DNA from: Octopus sinensis
Taxonomy: Eukaryota
Direction of reading: 5' to 3'
Assembly: GCF_006345805.1 (NCBI RefSeq)
Contig: NC_043002.1
Location: 71,858,001 to 71,922,000 of the forward strand
Length of the DNA: 64,000 nucleotides
Positions within the stretch are counted from its first letter, which is position 1; every line of letters begins with the position of its first letter. Made by a program: the position numbers and the translations under genes. Of the stretch, positions 1 to 12,624 are shown in pieces. The notes beneath the pieces were generated by a model, which searched no databases, was not told the origin of the DNA, and saw only the letters and a list, made by a program, of their open reading frames with translations.

Positions 1-450
1 GAGGTGTGCTCGATGCTCCCTCTGTGAAATACCAATGATATTTTTCTCGATTGAATAGTCACTTGTGACAAAAAGTGGATCCTTTATGATAACCCTAAAT
101 GATCAGGTCAATGGGGATGTTTGAATCCCCCAAACATTTCCCAAAGCCAAATTTGCATCAGCAAAAGATTATAGTGACTTTCTGGTGGTCTGCAATTGGT
201 GTTGTCCATTACAGCTTTCTGGAAGCCAATCAGCATTACAGCAAAGGGTTTCTGCAATCAACTCGCTGAAATGCATGCTCACTTGAAAAATATGAGTCCT
301 GCATTGGTGAATCGCCGCTGCCCAAATCTACTCCACGATAATGCAAAATCACATATTGCAAGAATGACGCTGCAGAAACTCAGACTTCGAATACGAGACT
401 TTACCATATGCTCCATATTCTGCTGATCTTCCACTGCATTTTCATCTGTT
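1..450 (+). pseudogene. Decayed mariner (D,D34D) transposase, catalytic region
   Basis: Translation across stops and frameshifts gives IVTCDKKWILYDN, PKHFPKPNLHQQKIIVTFWWS, LLHDNAKSHIA and ETLPYAPYSADL, matching the mariner TxDEKW, HDNA and YSPDL motifs. Confidence 0.9.
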
Positions 451-567
451 GTAGATATTTTAAGTAGAAAAAGAAATAAATTAGATGTCCACAGCAGAGG
501 AACTATCAGACTCAGACTAAATGAGTTCATTAAAATTGATTATATCTTGTGTGAGAAACACCAATAT

Positions 568-705
568 CAAGTTAGTCACGAACTGAATGGACTAAAAATG
601 AACGACTTTATGAAAAATGATTTTGATATCTTGTGTCAAGCTAGTCACAAGCTGAATGGATTAAAAAAGAACGACTTTATGAAAAAGGATTTTGATATCT
701 TGTGC
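568..705. repeat. Two-copy 69-bp tandem duplication
   Basis: caagttagtcacgaactgaatgg...gattttgatatcttgtg at 568 recurs with few substitutions at 637. Confidence 0.85.
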
Positions 706-1687
706 TTATCTTTGTTTACTAAAATAAATTTTAAATTTTATCTCTTGTTTGCTAAAATAAATTTTGAGGTGTAAATAGACTATTTTGTCTTTCATTAAGT
801 ATTTTAGTGTGAAAATAGAACAGCGTAAAATAAAATTAGAAGTGGTCTCTAAAAGGTTTTTCAAGTACAAAATGGTCCCTGGACTGAAAAATGGGAACCA
901 CAGCTGCAAACGACATAAATTCAGTAAATGCCAGTATATCAGATTGATATCATCCCTGAAAAGAATGAAATCTAACAAACTCCAATGAGGTTTGAATTTA
1001 CAGAATAAAAAGATGAAACAGCTACATGCTCTAAGGCATCAAATTCAGTCTGCTGTCATTTCTGTAAAAGCAACAACCAAGGCGATTATTATCATATTAC
1101 TAACAATAAAAACTTAAATTCTTTTACTACCTGGCAACTTTTATTCATGGAACTTCAACGTCATCGCTTGACCTGCATAACTTAGAAGCATAACTTAGGC
1201 AACTTAGATGTTAGGTTTGTTCATCATGATGTCTGACTAGGAATAACCACGACTACCACTACTCCTTATTACGAAGGGTATTCCTCTCTATTAGAATGCC
1301 TTGGGTTAAACATCTAGAACGACATTTACAACTGTTATTCATTATTAAAATTAATTTCTGTTCATTTAATATAGTATTGTTATTAATATTTTATTCATAA
1401 TCTTTATGATTATAATATTAATTTCATCACTTTAGTCAGATATCCCTAACATTGCTAGTTTTGCATCCGATATTAGCGGAAAATATATTAAAAACGGAGT
1501 TTAAACAGACATTGCACTCTGAAGCTGCGTACAAATCAGATGATTAGAAAGTTTTCTGGTGTTTCCACCAAGCTTTTGAATTCATTCTGCCTCTAGGAAT
1601 GTAAATTAAATATTTAAAGAATTCTTTTGCACTACTTCCGATATATCTGTATAAAACTTTTGTTGACTGATTCGGTTTGTTGTTCCT

Positions 1688-2176
1688 CTTCTTCTTCTCT
1701 TCTTCTTCTTCTTCTTCTTCTTCTTCTTCTTCTTCTTCAAATCAGAACTCACGCTATTAACGACAAAGAATAATCTCTAATTCGAGCCTACTCTAAGCTA
1801 CTAATAATGCGTATGGCAACTTGAAGATCCACCCACCACACGCGAAAGCTACGTTGTTATCCTCATTCCGTAAACGGTGGCTTTTAACGGGTGGAGAGCT
1901 GAACCATCCTGGGGGTAGAGAGGATTCGCAATCTAGACTAGGGTCTGAAAGTTTACCACACCATAGTGGATTACACCATCGTTCTTTTGCTTTGTGGCAG
2001 AAGTAGGAAGAAAATTGTGGTGAAAGAGTACAGCGGAGTTCACCCCCACCTCCCGCCGGAGACTCGTGGAGCTTAGGTGTTTTTGCTCAATAAACACCCA
2101 CAATGCCCGGTCTGAGAATCGAAACCTCGTTCTTACGACCACGAGTCCGCTGCCCTAACCACTGGACCATTGCGCC
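1688..2176 (-). mobile_element. tRNA-headed SINE, group C, (GAA)n tail
   Basis: On the minus strand, A/B-box head ggcgcaatggtccagtggttagggcagcgg...gtttcgattc; body matches 6305-6830 and 24918-25404; (CTT)n at 1688-1737. Confidence 0.9.
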
Positions 2177-2298
2177 CCCACTGTTGCTGCTGTTGTTTTT
2201 GCTGTATCGTTCAGCTTCCAGGAGAACTATCAAGACACATTTCCAAACGTGAAGACTACATACTTGTAGGAATCGATACAACGGCGATATATAATGGG

Positions 2299-3544
2299 CG
2301 AAGGTCGTTTGAATAGTTCATAGGCTGACCAAGGTACTCTCGTGGAATGTGACCAAGTGATGTTTTGTTTTCAATATAGTCCCTCTTGCTGTCCACATAC
2401 TTCTCCCATTGGTGTTACAATGCTTGGGTCCCGTTGGCGGAGAAGCTTTCATCCTGATAATCAAACAAATCATCAACAGCAGACATGACGTCATCATCAC
2501 TGCGATACTGGTTCCCAGCCAAATATTTCACTTTTCATGTTGGGAAGCCGATGATAGTCAGAGGGAGCGAATTCATGAGAAAAGGGAGGATGATCAACCA
2601 ATTCAAAACTACAGTCACACACAGCAGCCATTGAAACCAAGCATTTGTGAATTAGAGCATCGTCCTGATGAAATATGACCCCCTTCAGTTTTCCTGGGTG
2701 TTTGATATTGTCAGTCTTTAGTAACTGCTTCAGGAAGTTGGCATAGTACTTTCCATTCATGGTGTAGCCCTTTTGAAGATAGCCCATAAGCACATTGCCT
2801 TTTGCACCCCCATATCAGACACGATCACTGTCTCTGCATATGAAACGACGTTAGCCTTGTTTGCAGCAGGAGAGGAGAGATGTTTCCGCTGCATGGATTG
2901 CCCCTTTATCTCTGGCTCATCTTGGATTAAGTAAAGTTCAAGGAAACCAGCTGGATCTGCCGCAAACAATACAGATTTTCCCGTGATGTGATCAGCCTGG
3001 TGCGTTTTTGATTAGGTACCAGAAGACATGGTGCCTTCGTCATGCCAAGGTCTTTGAGCAAAATATACTCAACTCTCTCAGAGCATATGCTAATAGCATT
3101 GTCTATTTGATTTATAGTCAAAGGTCTGTTATCCATCACCACGTGGTGAAGACTATGTATGTTTTCCACTTTCAGTAAGTCCAGACCTAAAGTCATCTGC
3201 AAGACTCTCCCTTCCCCCTTCTAAATTCAGTTGCTCACTTTTGCACTGTAGATATAGCTGGAACATCACTCTTAATGTAGCACCCATGTCAGCATTGATT
3301 TGCTGGTGGTGCTAAACCCTTTATCTGTAGGTACTTCATAACACCACCATGCCAAATTTTGTCCATTTTCAAGAGCTGACGCTACTAGTTACATTTAAAG
3401 ACTTCGTGGACAGGTAAATGTCAGTTTACCTGGAAAAAAACAATGCATTCATTAATAAAGAGAATTAGATTACTGCATACAAAATTTTACAGCTCTAGCA
3501 TCACCCCTTCATAGTCAGCCTATGATCTTTTCAGCCCACCCTCG
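2299..3544 (-). mobile_element. Near full-length mariner transposon with decayed transposase (about 3366 to 2365)
   Basis: Imperfect TIRs cgaaggtcgtttgaatagttcataggctgacc (2299-2330) and agtcagcctatgatcttttcagcccaccctcg (3513-3544), TA at 3545. Frames give MDKIWHGGVMKYL, VVMDNRPLTINQI, VIFHQDDA and DHPPFSHEFAPSDY. Confidence 0.92.
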
Positions 3545-3689
3545 TATACCTAATGAGTACGTAGAGGCTACTTTAGAAGTAGGTTTGATTGCAACTTCAA
3601 GTGGATAGAATGATTATCTGATACCTTATCTATTGCTTGTGGCAAAACTGATATCATGTGTTAGCTGTTATCAGAATACTTTTGCACTA

Positions 3690-4070
3690 TCGAATTTTCA
3701 TTGCCAATCTCCACTTGATATCTTGAAAATGATGTAAGTCTTAAAGATAATATCAGTCTGAAAAGCGTGAAAATGCTTATATGGAACTCACAGCAAAAGA
3801 GAACACCTTCACAGATTCACACGCAATTTATAATTGCTATACTTGAAACCAATGTTATACTTTGAGATGATATCGCTAAAAATTATCACAAGTAAACAAC
3901 AAAACACCTTTTGTAAAGAATTTGAGGATATTTTGTAACGAATTTGAGGTGTTGTTAGAAATAGAGAAATTTTACACCATAAAAAAGAATATTCAATAAC
4001 ATTTAGCACCAAATAAACCCCGACGCTGTCAAGAACGACTCCTAAGAAAGATATGAATGTCTTACTGATT
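3690..4070 (+). pseudogene. Decayed LRR-like coding fragment, paralog of 5020 and 12625
   Basis: cttgatatcttgaaaatgatgtaagtcttaaagataatatc aligns with 5042 cttgatatccatgaaaataatgtaagacttcaaggcaaatatc; reads VSLKDNISL (LxLxxN-like). Confidence 0.45.
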
Positions 4071-4477
4071 CTCAACAAATAAAAATCCTGTGGCCTATTT
4101 TGTATTTACCTGATGCTCTTTTTGTATTTAGATATTAGTATTGAATTAGGAATTCTGAATTAACCACAAGGCCAGCAATTTTTGTGGAGGAAGCTTTAGT
4201 CGATATCATGGCGCGCAGTGCCTGACTGCTATATTTTTCGACACCGAAAGAAAGATGCAAATTAACCATGACGGTGCTTAAACTAAAATTGCAAAGACCC
4301 GGAAGAATTAACGCAAATCACTTTATCTACGCTCTAAGGATTTTGCCATCTCGTCACTGTATGAAATGACGCGAAAATAATTGTGGAGATTTTTATGTAG
4401 CTCCGGATCAACACTAGCGGATTAAGCTTTAGATGAAAATCTTTCCACCACTCAGTATTATTCTCTATGTAGAAGGT

Positions 4478-4670
4478 GGCAAGCTGACTGAACGCAAGCA
4501 CGCTGGACACAGTGTTTAGTATCAATTCATCCGTGTTTACGTTCAAACGCAGCCGAGGTCGATTTTCCTTTCATCATCCTTTCGGACTCGATAAAACAAG
4601 TATCAATTCAACATTGCAGTCGATGTAATCCCACGAATTTTCCGGCCTTGTACCTATAGTAGAAAGAATT
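4478..4670 (+). mobile_element. Degenerate group B SINE
   Basis: gcagccgaggtcgattttcctttcatc...cctttcggactcgataaaacaagtatc resembles the group B body. Confidence 0.55.
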
Positions 4671-5019
4671 ATTCTTTATGTAGACTTTATTATCCCATAA
4701 ACCATTCCGTCTTAGAACTTCACTCTTTACCTTGATATTTTGTGTTACTATTAGAAGTGTCATTGACGATCTTAAGGTTAATCTGGATAAACTAGTTCTT
4801 GCCAATCATGTATTTTCAGAAATTAACCCATAGCTGGGATAAAATTCAGTGATGTATTTTTCTTTTATATACAAGCTAATCAATAAATAGGCCATTGGCT
4901 GACCATTTATTTTGGCATTCGCTTCATTCTAAATAGATGACCTAGAAAGTATTAAGCTATAGATTGTCAGAGATATTTATACTGTAAGAAAAAACTATCA
5001 TAAATAACAATACTGATTC

Positions 5020-7150
5020 ACATGATTATACATAGTCTTCTCTTGATATCCATGAAAATAATGTAAGACTTCAAGGCAAATATCGGCCCCAAAATAGCGA
5101 GTATACTAATATTGTATTCAACAGATAAAAGGGAACCTTTACACTTTTACACAAAATCTATTATTGCTATTATTTAAAAGAATGTAAGACAATAATGACA
5201 ATATCACCCCAAGGGCAGTGACCAATATTTATTGATCAAGACTTTGTTGAATTTGACATATTGCTCTTAGAAACAGAAAACAAAACTATGATAAAAGATA
5301 TTCTATTCAAGATTATTATCGTATTATCTGTCAACAAACAATGTTTCTATAAGAAATTCAGAATACTTCGCAACCCACTGCCACCACCACGGCGACTACC
5401 ACGTAAATTTAGGTAAGTACAAAACTAGATCTAATATGACAATAATGTTTCCTTTAGTAATATTTTGCTAAAGGTGTTTGAACTTTTCTAGTGATATTTG
5501 GAAGATAAAATATAATAAGTACAGATAATAATCTATAGCACTTATTTAAAGTTGTAAGAACTAAGCACATTAGCGCACATGTCTATAACGAAAATAAAAT
5601 AGCATACAAACACTCGACTAAGACTAACCCAAACAGAAATTGCTTCATTCCAATAAAATATCAAACGATATCGATTATTTCCAGGCCTCGACCTATAAAG
5701 GAAGAAATATAACATTATGTGACATTCATAACTTTCTCAAAAACATTAGTGAAGTATGTGAAAAGAAATTGTTACAAGCAGGGATCAAAACCGGGTGATT
5801 GATTTGACATGGTGGAAAATAACTTTTTTAAGACGTTAATAGAAATCAATTGATACACAAACGTTAAAGTGAAAAAAAATAGGTTCCTTACTGACCGAGT
5901 TCCTTCCCCGGGTCCAATTCCAGTTTGAACTCGGTTTATCTCATTAACACTGCCAAATATATACTATGGAAAAGTGTAAATGTCACAACATTCCATTACT
6001 CATGAATACAGCTCCTTGCGACTATAATGGCAATTATCGGACATGATGAAATAACAGCCTCTTTGCTATTCTTTGAAATGCAGTATGAAATGTAATGAGG
6101 GACACTTTAGGCAATGATACAAGAAAATAAAGGTAGATCCTTCATAGCTGCAGTTTAGATCCGTTCAAATAGAATAGATGTGGGGCTAATAATACCCACT
6201 GCCCCCTCATCATCACCACCATCATCACCACCATAGTCATCATCATTATCGCCACCATTACCATAAGCGTCAACTATATCATCATCAACATCAATACCTG
6301 TAAAGGCGCAATAGCCCAGTGGTTAGGGCAGCGGACTCACGGTCGTAAGAACGCGGTCTCATTTCCAAGGCCGGGCATTATGAGTATTTATTGAGCAACA
6401 ACGCTTAATCTCCACGAGAGGGAGGTAGTGGTGAACCCAGCTGTTCTCTTTCACCACAACTTTCTTTCACTTTTTTTCATACTTCTGCCACAAACAGAGG
6501 GACTATGGTGTAGCCCACAATTGTGTGGTAAACTTTCAGAACCTAGTCTAGATTGAGAATCCTTTGAACCCCAGAATGGTTCAGCTCTCCACCCATTAAA
6601 AGCCACCGTTTACGGAATGAGGATAACAACGTAGCTTTCGCGCCCGTTCAACCGCCAGTCTATCGCGTGTGGTGGGTGTATCTTCAAGTTGCCACAAGCA
6701 TTCTTAGTAGCTTAGAGTATGCTCGAATTAGAGATTATTCTTTGTGGCTAATGGCGTGAGTCCTGATTGGAAGAAGGAGAAGAAGAAGAAGAAGAAGAAG
6801 AAGAAGAAGAAGAAGAAGAAGAAGAAGAAGACATCAACAACACCAACGTCGTCACCATCAGAATTATGTTCACCATCACTTCCATTGTCATCGTCGCCGT
6901 CGCGGCCACCGTACTACTCCATCTCCTCCTCCTAATCATCATCACCATCATTTACCTGAGCGTATTAAGCCATATGAAGATATTTGAAGTTTGTAGGTTT
7001 TATTATTATTAATACCCAAGTCATTGGTGTTAGATACCAATGATAAAATGCATTCCACTCGTGATGATCATGTTTCGTATATTCAGTACAATATTTTTCA
7101 ATGATGCTTTCCCTTTATTAAGATAATCGTGTGGAACTTGAACATATCAC
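5020..7150 (+). pseudogene. Decayed LRR-transmembrane-like gene interrupted by a SINE
   Basis: Gapped alignment to 12625-14044 shows synonymous-type differences (ttg cta aag / ctg tta aag; aat tat cgg / aat tac cga). LRR-like strings LDIHENNV (5042), LLHSNKIS (5640), CDIHNFLKNI (5718), VIDLT..KITFL; TM-like MIMFRIFSTIFF near 7075. Many stops and frameshifts. Confidence 0.5.
6305..6830 (+). mobile_element. tRNA-headed SINE, group C, (GAA)n tail
   Basis: Head ggcgcaatagcccagtggttagggcagcgg; body matches 1688-2176 and 24918; ends tcctgattggaagaag(gaa)n. Confidence 0.9.
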
Positions 7151-7308
7151 TGTTAAATCTAGCAGGTCAAGTGACAAAAAAGAACATCCTTCGTTGTTAA
7201 ACTATTTTGCTGACATTCATAAAAGTTAAATACACAAATATAACACTAATTTAGATTTTAAAATCTCCTCGCCAATATTGTATATACAATAAATAATGAT
7301 GAGCAAAG

Positions 7309-7946
7309 CCGCGAGCTGGCAGAAAGGTCAGCATGCCGGGCGAAATGCTTAGCGGTTTTCCGTCTGCCGTTACGTTGTGAGTTCATATTCTGCCCAGGTC
7401 GACTTTGCCGCTCATCCTTTCGAGGTCGATAAATTAAGTACCTGTTACGCACTGGGGTCGATTTAATCGACTTAATCCGTTTGTCTGTCCTTGTTTGTCC
7501 CCTCTATGTTTAGCCCCTTGTGTGCAATAAAGAAATAAAAAAAAGTTAGCACGCCGGCGAACTGCTTAGCGGTATTTCGTCTGCCGTTACGTTCTGAGTT
7601 CAAATTCCGCCGAGGTCGACTTTACCTTTCATCCTTTCGGGGTCGATAAATTAAGCACCAGTTACGCACTGGGGTCGATATAATTGACTGCCCACCTACC
7701 CCAAAATTTTGGGCTTTGTGCCTAGAGTAGAAAAGAACAATTAATGGTGACCAAGGCGGAAAGCTGGCAAATTCTTAGCGGTATTTCGTCTGTCTTTACG
7801 TTCTGAGTTCAAATTCCGCCGAGATAGACTTTGCCTTTCATCCTTTCAGGGTCAATAAATTAAGTATCAGTTGCGTATTGGAATCGATTTAATCGACTAG
7901 ACCCTCCTCAAAAATTTCGGGCATTTTGCCTAGAGTAGAAAAGAAC
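7309..7946 (+). mobile_element. Three tandem group B SINE units (B2 tail, truncated B1, B1)
   Basis: Repeated body ttctgagttcaaattccgccgaggtcgactttgcctttcatcctttcggggtcgataaattaag at about 7370, 7590 and 7800; tails agccccttgtg..aataaagaaata and cctagagtagaaaagaa. Confidence 0.9.
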
Positions 7947-8169
7947 AATTAATGATGACCATTATAAAGCTAAACACAATATTAAACATGTAGATATAAT
8001 GTACGAAACAATTTTTATTGTTGTATATTTTTTGTTTCTGAATAGTTGCGAATAACAATTTGACGCTTGCAGAACAGCGCCCGTCCCAAATGATATGTTT
8101 GTTTTTTTTTTAAGTATGGGATATATTATACAAAAAGATTTTGTACAATGGTTTGTCTTAAGATTTACA

Positions 8170-8826
8170 ATATTCTACCTGGTTGCGTGATATCTTGGAC
8201 AAGTGTAATATTTTGTAGTCTCAGATGGATAATATTTTGCAAATGAAATAAAGCTGAGGGAATTTGTAAGGAATCTCGCCTCAATCTTTCCTTAAAATGG
8301 TCTTCATTATGAGACGATATTCTTCGGCTAATGTCCTTGATTAGATTCTTTACAACAAACGTTGGTTGATTGTTCCAGCCTGTATTATTGTAAGAGAGCT
8401 TGACATTTGATTTCTCACAAGGTTCGTAGTTTCTAGTGTTAACTTTAAGTGCTGCATGGGCTTAAGATTTTGGTCATACTAAACGCATGCCCATCAGTAT
8501 TATTGAAAATGTCTAAGTGTGATAAACTATATTTCTTTCAGAATTTAATCTATGATGTTATTCAAGTAGATTGTAAACCTCCGCGCTATCCAACCAATCC
8601 ATTTTAAATTTGAAAGGCCCGTTTGCATTAGGTTCCTTTACTCAATAGTGAACCTTCATCCAAAAGCAAATGTTGTTTTACAGATAATGGCCCTCTTTTC
8701 CGTTATTAATTCTCTAACATTGTCATCGTTATCTATATTATATTATCGTTTGGCGATAATTAGTGCTTTTCCTAGTAAAGTTTCAGTAATAGAAGAATAG
8801 AAATCAATTATATCAAATTGTTTACG
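8170..8826 (-). pseudogene. Decayed Penelope-like element reverse transcriptase
   Basis: Minus-strand frames give QFDIIDFYSSITETLLGKAL, FKFKMDWLDSAEVYNLL and KNLIKDISRRISS, resembling the PLE motifs FDIVEFYPSI, FDVTMGSYDGAEVCELV and KSISRRIS. Confidence 0.75.
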
Positions 8827-10426
8827 TAATTATGCTAATTGTGTATTTAGAATTGTCTGTTGTTGTTTTCACTGAGAAACCAGACAATCGAATCATTAAT
8901 ATTGCATTTTGTTTTGTTTTGTTTTGTTTTATTAGATTTTTTGTTTTATTTGTTGTAATTAAAAGGAGAGAAAACGATGCATGAAAATTTGTTATTCCAC
9001 ATTCAAGATACTTTGAACATTTTTGAAAATTTCCGGTTTTTCTCCGCAAAATCAAAACATTTTGAGTTCCAGAAAGGCCCGATGAGTGTACTATATAATT
9101 ATTGTAAGGCATACGTTGCGGGGTATAAAAAATAGCAAATGTAATCTAATATTTCGTTATATTACATAATTAAACACATGCAAGGTTTGTAGTGAGTATT
9201 ATTAAGCTTAGCTTTTTATATATTGGAGGTGAAAAAAACCCACATTAACAAACTATGATATATTGACTCACCGTATATAGTAGACACTTGTCCATATTTG
9301 ATTGTTAGGATTATAACTGAGATATTTTTAACTCTAAGCTTTGATGCTTATTTTGGAATAAGCTTGTATTTAACCATGATCTTCAAATATACAGTTTTGA
9401 AACGCAAATTCATGCCAACATTTTTACATTCGCCGTCCATTCTTCTACATTTCTTTGAAGTTGTCAAATTATACATGGAAGAAAAGAAATTCCGCCGCTG
9501 TAATTGTGGTTTTTGTTCCTTTAGACTTTGATGTTTATTTTAGAATAAGTTTTTACTTACCTACGTCTTTGTAATATAACATGTTGAAGCATATGTTTAT
9601 GTCAACGGTTTTTCTTTCCCTATTCATAGCACGATATGTCAAGCTGACAAACTAAATATAGGGCAGTGAATCAAATAAGATCGATTTTATTGTGTGATAT
9701 CAAAATGGGGTGCCAGACAGTTGAAGCTGATTGCTAGTACCAATAAACTATTATACATACATACATACAAACATACGTATGTATGTATGTATGTATGTAT
9801 GTATGTATGTATGTATGTATGTATGTATGTATATCGGTGTATGTAGAAATTAGTAGTATACGATAAAGAGAGTAGAACTGTTGATGTAACCATGATTTTC
9901 CGGTGATCTGATGAACTAGCTATCTTTATATGCATAAATTTTGTGAATATCTAATAGTATTGTGTAATTTTGAGCATACATATTAATGCAAATATGTATG
10001 CGTAATATTCTGCGTAATAAGATTAATAAAACTCAAAGGACGATGCGAAAAGGCGGCAATTCTATGAAATCACTTGGTTAAATAAATATATATTCAACTC
10101 CCAAATCTCCTTTATACTTATATTTACATATATGTGTGTGTATATGTGTGTGTGACTGTGCGTTTGGATGTATATATGGATGCATATATATATATATATA
10201 TATATGCGCATATATATGTATGTAAATTTAGTTATTATGTATGTATGTATGTGTTTAATTATGTATATATTAATGTATATATTTGTATACTCGTGTAAGT
10301 ATATGTGTGCATAAGTTTTTTTTTATATCTTTCGCTAAATTAACCATCAAAAGTGGATATTGGTGTCAATTGAAAAAGGCGTTCAATGCCATAACTAATT
10401 AAAGTTATTATTAAAATTACGTTATA

Positions 10427-10571
10427 CAGTAGCTTACTTACCAACCAAATGGCCTCGGTTCAGTCCCATTCGTGGCACCTTGGGCAAGTGTCTTCTACTA
10501 TAGTCTCGGCCCGACCAAAGCCTTGTTAGTGGATTTGGTAGACGGAAACTCAAAGAAGCCCGCCATGTATA

Positions 10572-10665
<94 letters not shown>

Positions 10666-10886
10666 CGTGTGTGTGTGTATGTTTGTGTGTCTGAGTTTAT
10701 CCTCGTCGCATTGCTTGACAACCGATGCTGGTGTGTTTGTCTACCCGTCACTTAGCGGTTCGGAAAAAGAACCGATAGAATAAGTACTTACAAAGAATAA
10801 GTCCCGGGGTCGATTGCTCAACTAAAGGCGGTGCTCCAGCATGGCTGCAGTCAAATGACTGAAACAAGTAAAGAAAATAAAGAGTA
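10427..10886 (+). mobile_element. tRNA-headed SINE, group A, with internal (TA)n(TG)n
   Basis: ggttcagtcccattcgtggcaccttgggcaagtgtcttctactatag...aaggcggtgctccagcatggctgcagtcaaatgactgaaacaagtaaag; matches 32701 and many other copies. Confidence 0.92.
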
Positions 10887-10989
10887 TATGGTTGTGTTTC
10901 GAAAAATTTAACTTACCAGCCGACCTTTAACTTGCAGCAAATGTGTGTGCGCCTCTGTATCTGTCGTCAATATGCAGGATCAGCAAGGC

Positions 10990-11210
10990 TAGCGAGGCGG
11001 AGCGGTAGCAAAAGCCCGTCGTACTATACGACGGGCTTAGCAAAACTTCGTCCGTCTTTACGCCCTAAGTTCAAATGTCGCCCAGGTCAACTTTGCTTTT
11101 CATCCTTTCGAGATCTATGAATCAAGTACCAGTTAAGCATTGGGGCCGAAGTAATCGAGTTCCTCGCGCCCTCAGAAACCGCTGGCCTTGTGCCATAATT
11201 TGAAACCAGT
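10990..11210 (+). mobile_element. Degenerate group B SINE
   Basis: ctaagttcaaatgtcgcccaggtcaactttgcttttcatcctttcgagatc matches the group B body. Confidence 0.7.
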
Positions 11211-11569
11211 ATATCGGTTCAGCTAAATATGTAAGCGTCGGCAACAGGAGTACAATAGTTCTGGTTCGGTGTAAAAAGACATGCTATTCCCTAATATAAG
11301 TCCCAACATCAACAGTGCTAAAGAGAATGCTTTCACACAGGTAAATTAAGAGATGTAATTCATATAGTTTTACAAGAAGCTGGCATATTTTTATTTTATT
11401 TATTGGCATCTACACTACGTAACTCATAAGCTCCAATTCTGGTTTATAAATAAAACATTAATGAATACATCACTGGTCGACAGTTTGTTAGGATGTACCG
11501 GTGGGCTAGTGGCAAAATCCTGCTTTTTATAGTGACAGTCGACGAAGAACTTCACTGTATATTATTATC

Positions 11570-11587
11570 GTGTGTATACACACACAC

Positions 11588-11627
<40 letters not shown>

Positions 11628-11657
11628 ATATATACATACAAATATATACATATATAT

Positions 11658-11728
<71 letters not shown>

Positions 11729-11981
11729 ATACATATATATAACGGGAAGCTTTATGAAAATAAACAAAAGATGAAGGCAGGTGAATATAAACAAACAATT
11801 GTATTAGTATGGCGCTCAGGAATATAAATAAAACAAGTCTTTTACGTTTCGAGCCTACGCTCTTCAACAGAAAGATACACAGAAAAGAAACACAGAAAGA
11901 AACAAGGAGAGAAAAAATGCGTGCAGAAGCTAGCGAATCAACATGGCGATCTGATAAACATTTATATGTTTATACATATAT

Positions 11982-12022
<41 letters not shown>

Positions 12023-12251
12023 CATACATATACATACATATACACACATACATACATATACATACATACATACATATACATACACACACATACATATACA
12101 CACATACATACACACATACACACATACATACATACATATATACATATATTACTTTCTGCGAGACTGAATTGAAACAGCTGTAAGGGATGTTTGTCAATTT
12201 TTTAATTAATAAATAATCATTTATTAATTACCTTTCTATTCTCTCATCTTA

Positions 12252-12284
<33 letters not shown>

Positions 12285-12520
12285 CATACATTTATACACA
12301 CATACATATATATATACATACATATATATATACACATACATATATATATATATACATACATATATGTATATACATATATATATATACATATATATACATA
12401 CATATATAAATATACATATGTATATATATGCACATATATACATATATATGTATATGCATTTATATGTTTATATATATATATACATATATTTATATATGTA
12501 TATATGTATGTGTGTGCTTT

Positions 12521-12551
<31 letters not shown>

Positions 12552-12600
12552 CACAATAACTATTCTATTGAAATATATATATATTTATATATATATATTA
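11570..12600. repeat. Compound (TA)n/(TACA)n microsatellite field with short inserted repeats
   Basis: Three long TA/CA-rich tracts at about 11570-11740, 11955-12150 and 12253-12600. Confidence 0.95.
11838..11875 (-). ncRNA. Minimal type I hammerhead-like motif with core variant CUGUUGA (family F3)
   Basis: Minus strand reads tcttt CTGTTGA a gagc gtag gctc GAAA c gt a aaaga; stem I is 5 bp and stem II is 4 bp, both perfect. Confidence 0.6.
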
Positions 12601-12624
12601 AAAGACAAAAAATCTAGCTATAAA

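Noticed and set aside
6744-7012. Poly-K, poly-E and poly-S ORFs (similar poly-I/L and poly-N ORFs at 23328-23853 and 25351-25735)
   Set aside because: They arise from SINE tails and triplet microsatellites.
7309-7946. CRISPR-like or satellite array
   Set aside because: The units are ~200-bp dispersed SINE copies, not short regular repeats with unique spacers; there are no cas genes and the DNA is eukaryotic.
12152-12186. gaaacagctgtaaggg hammerhead 3' half
   Set aside because: The 5' core is ctgcga with no clear stem II; too decayed to call.
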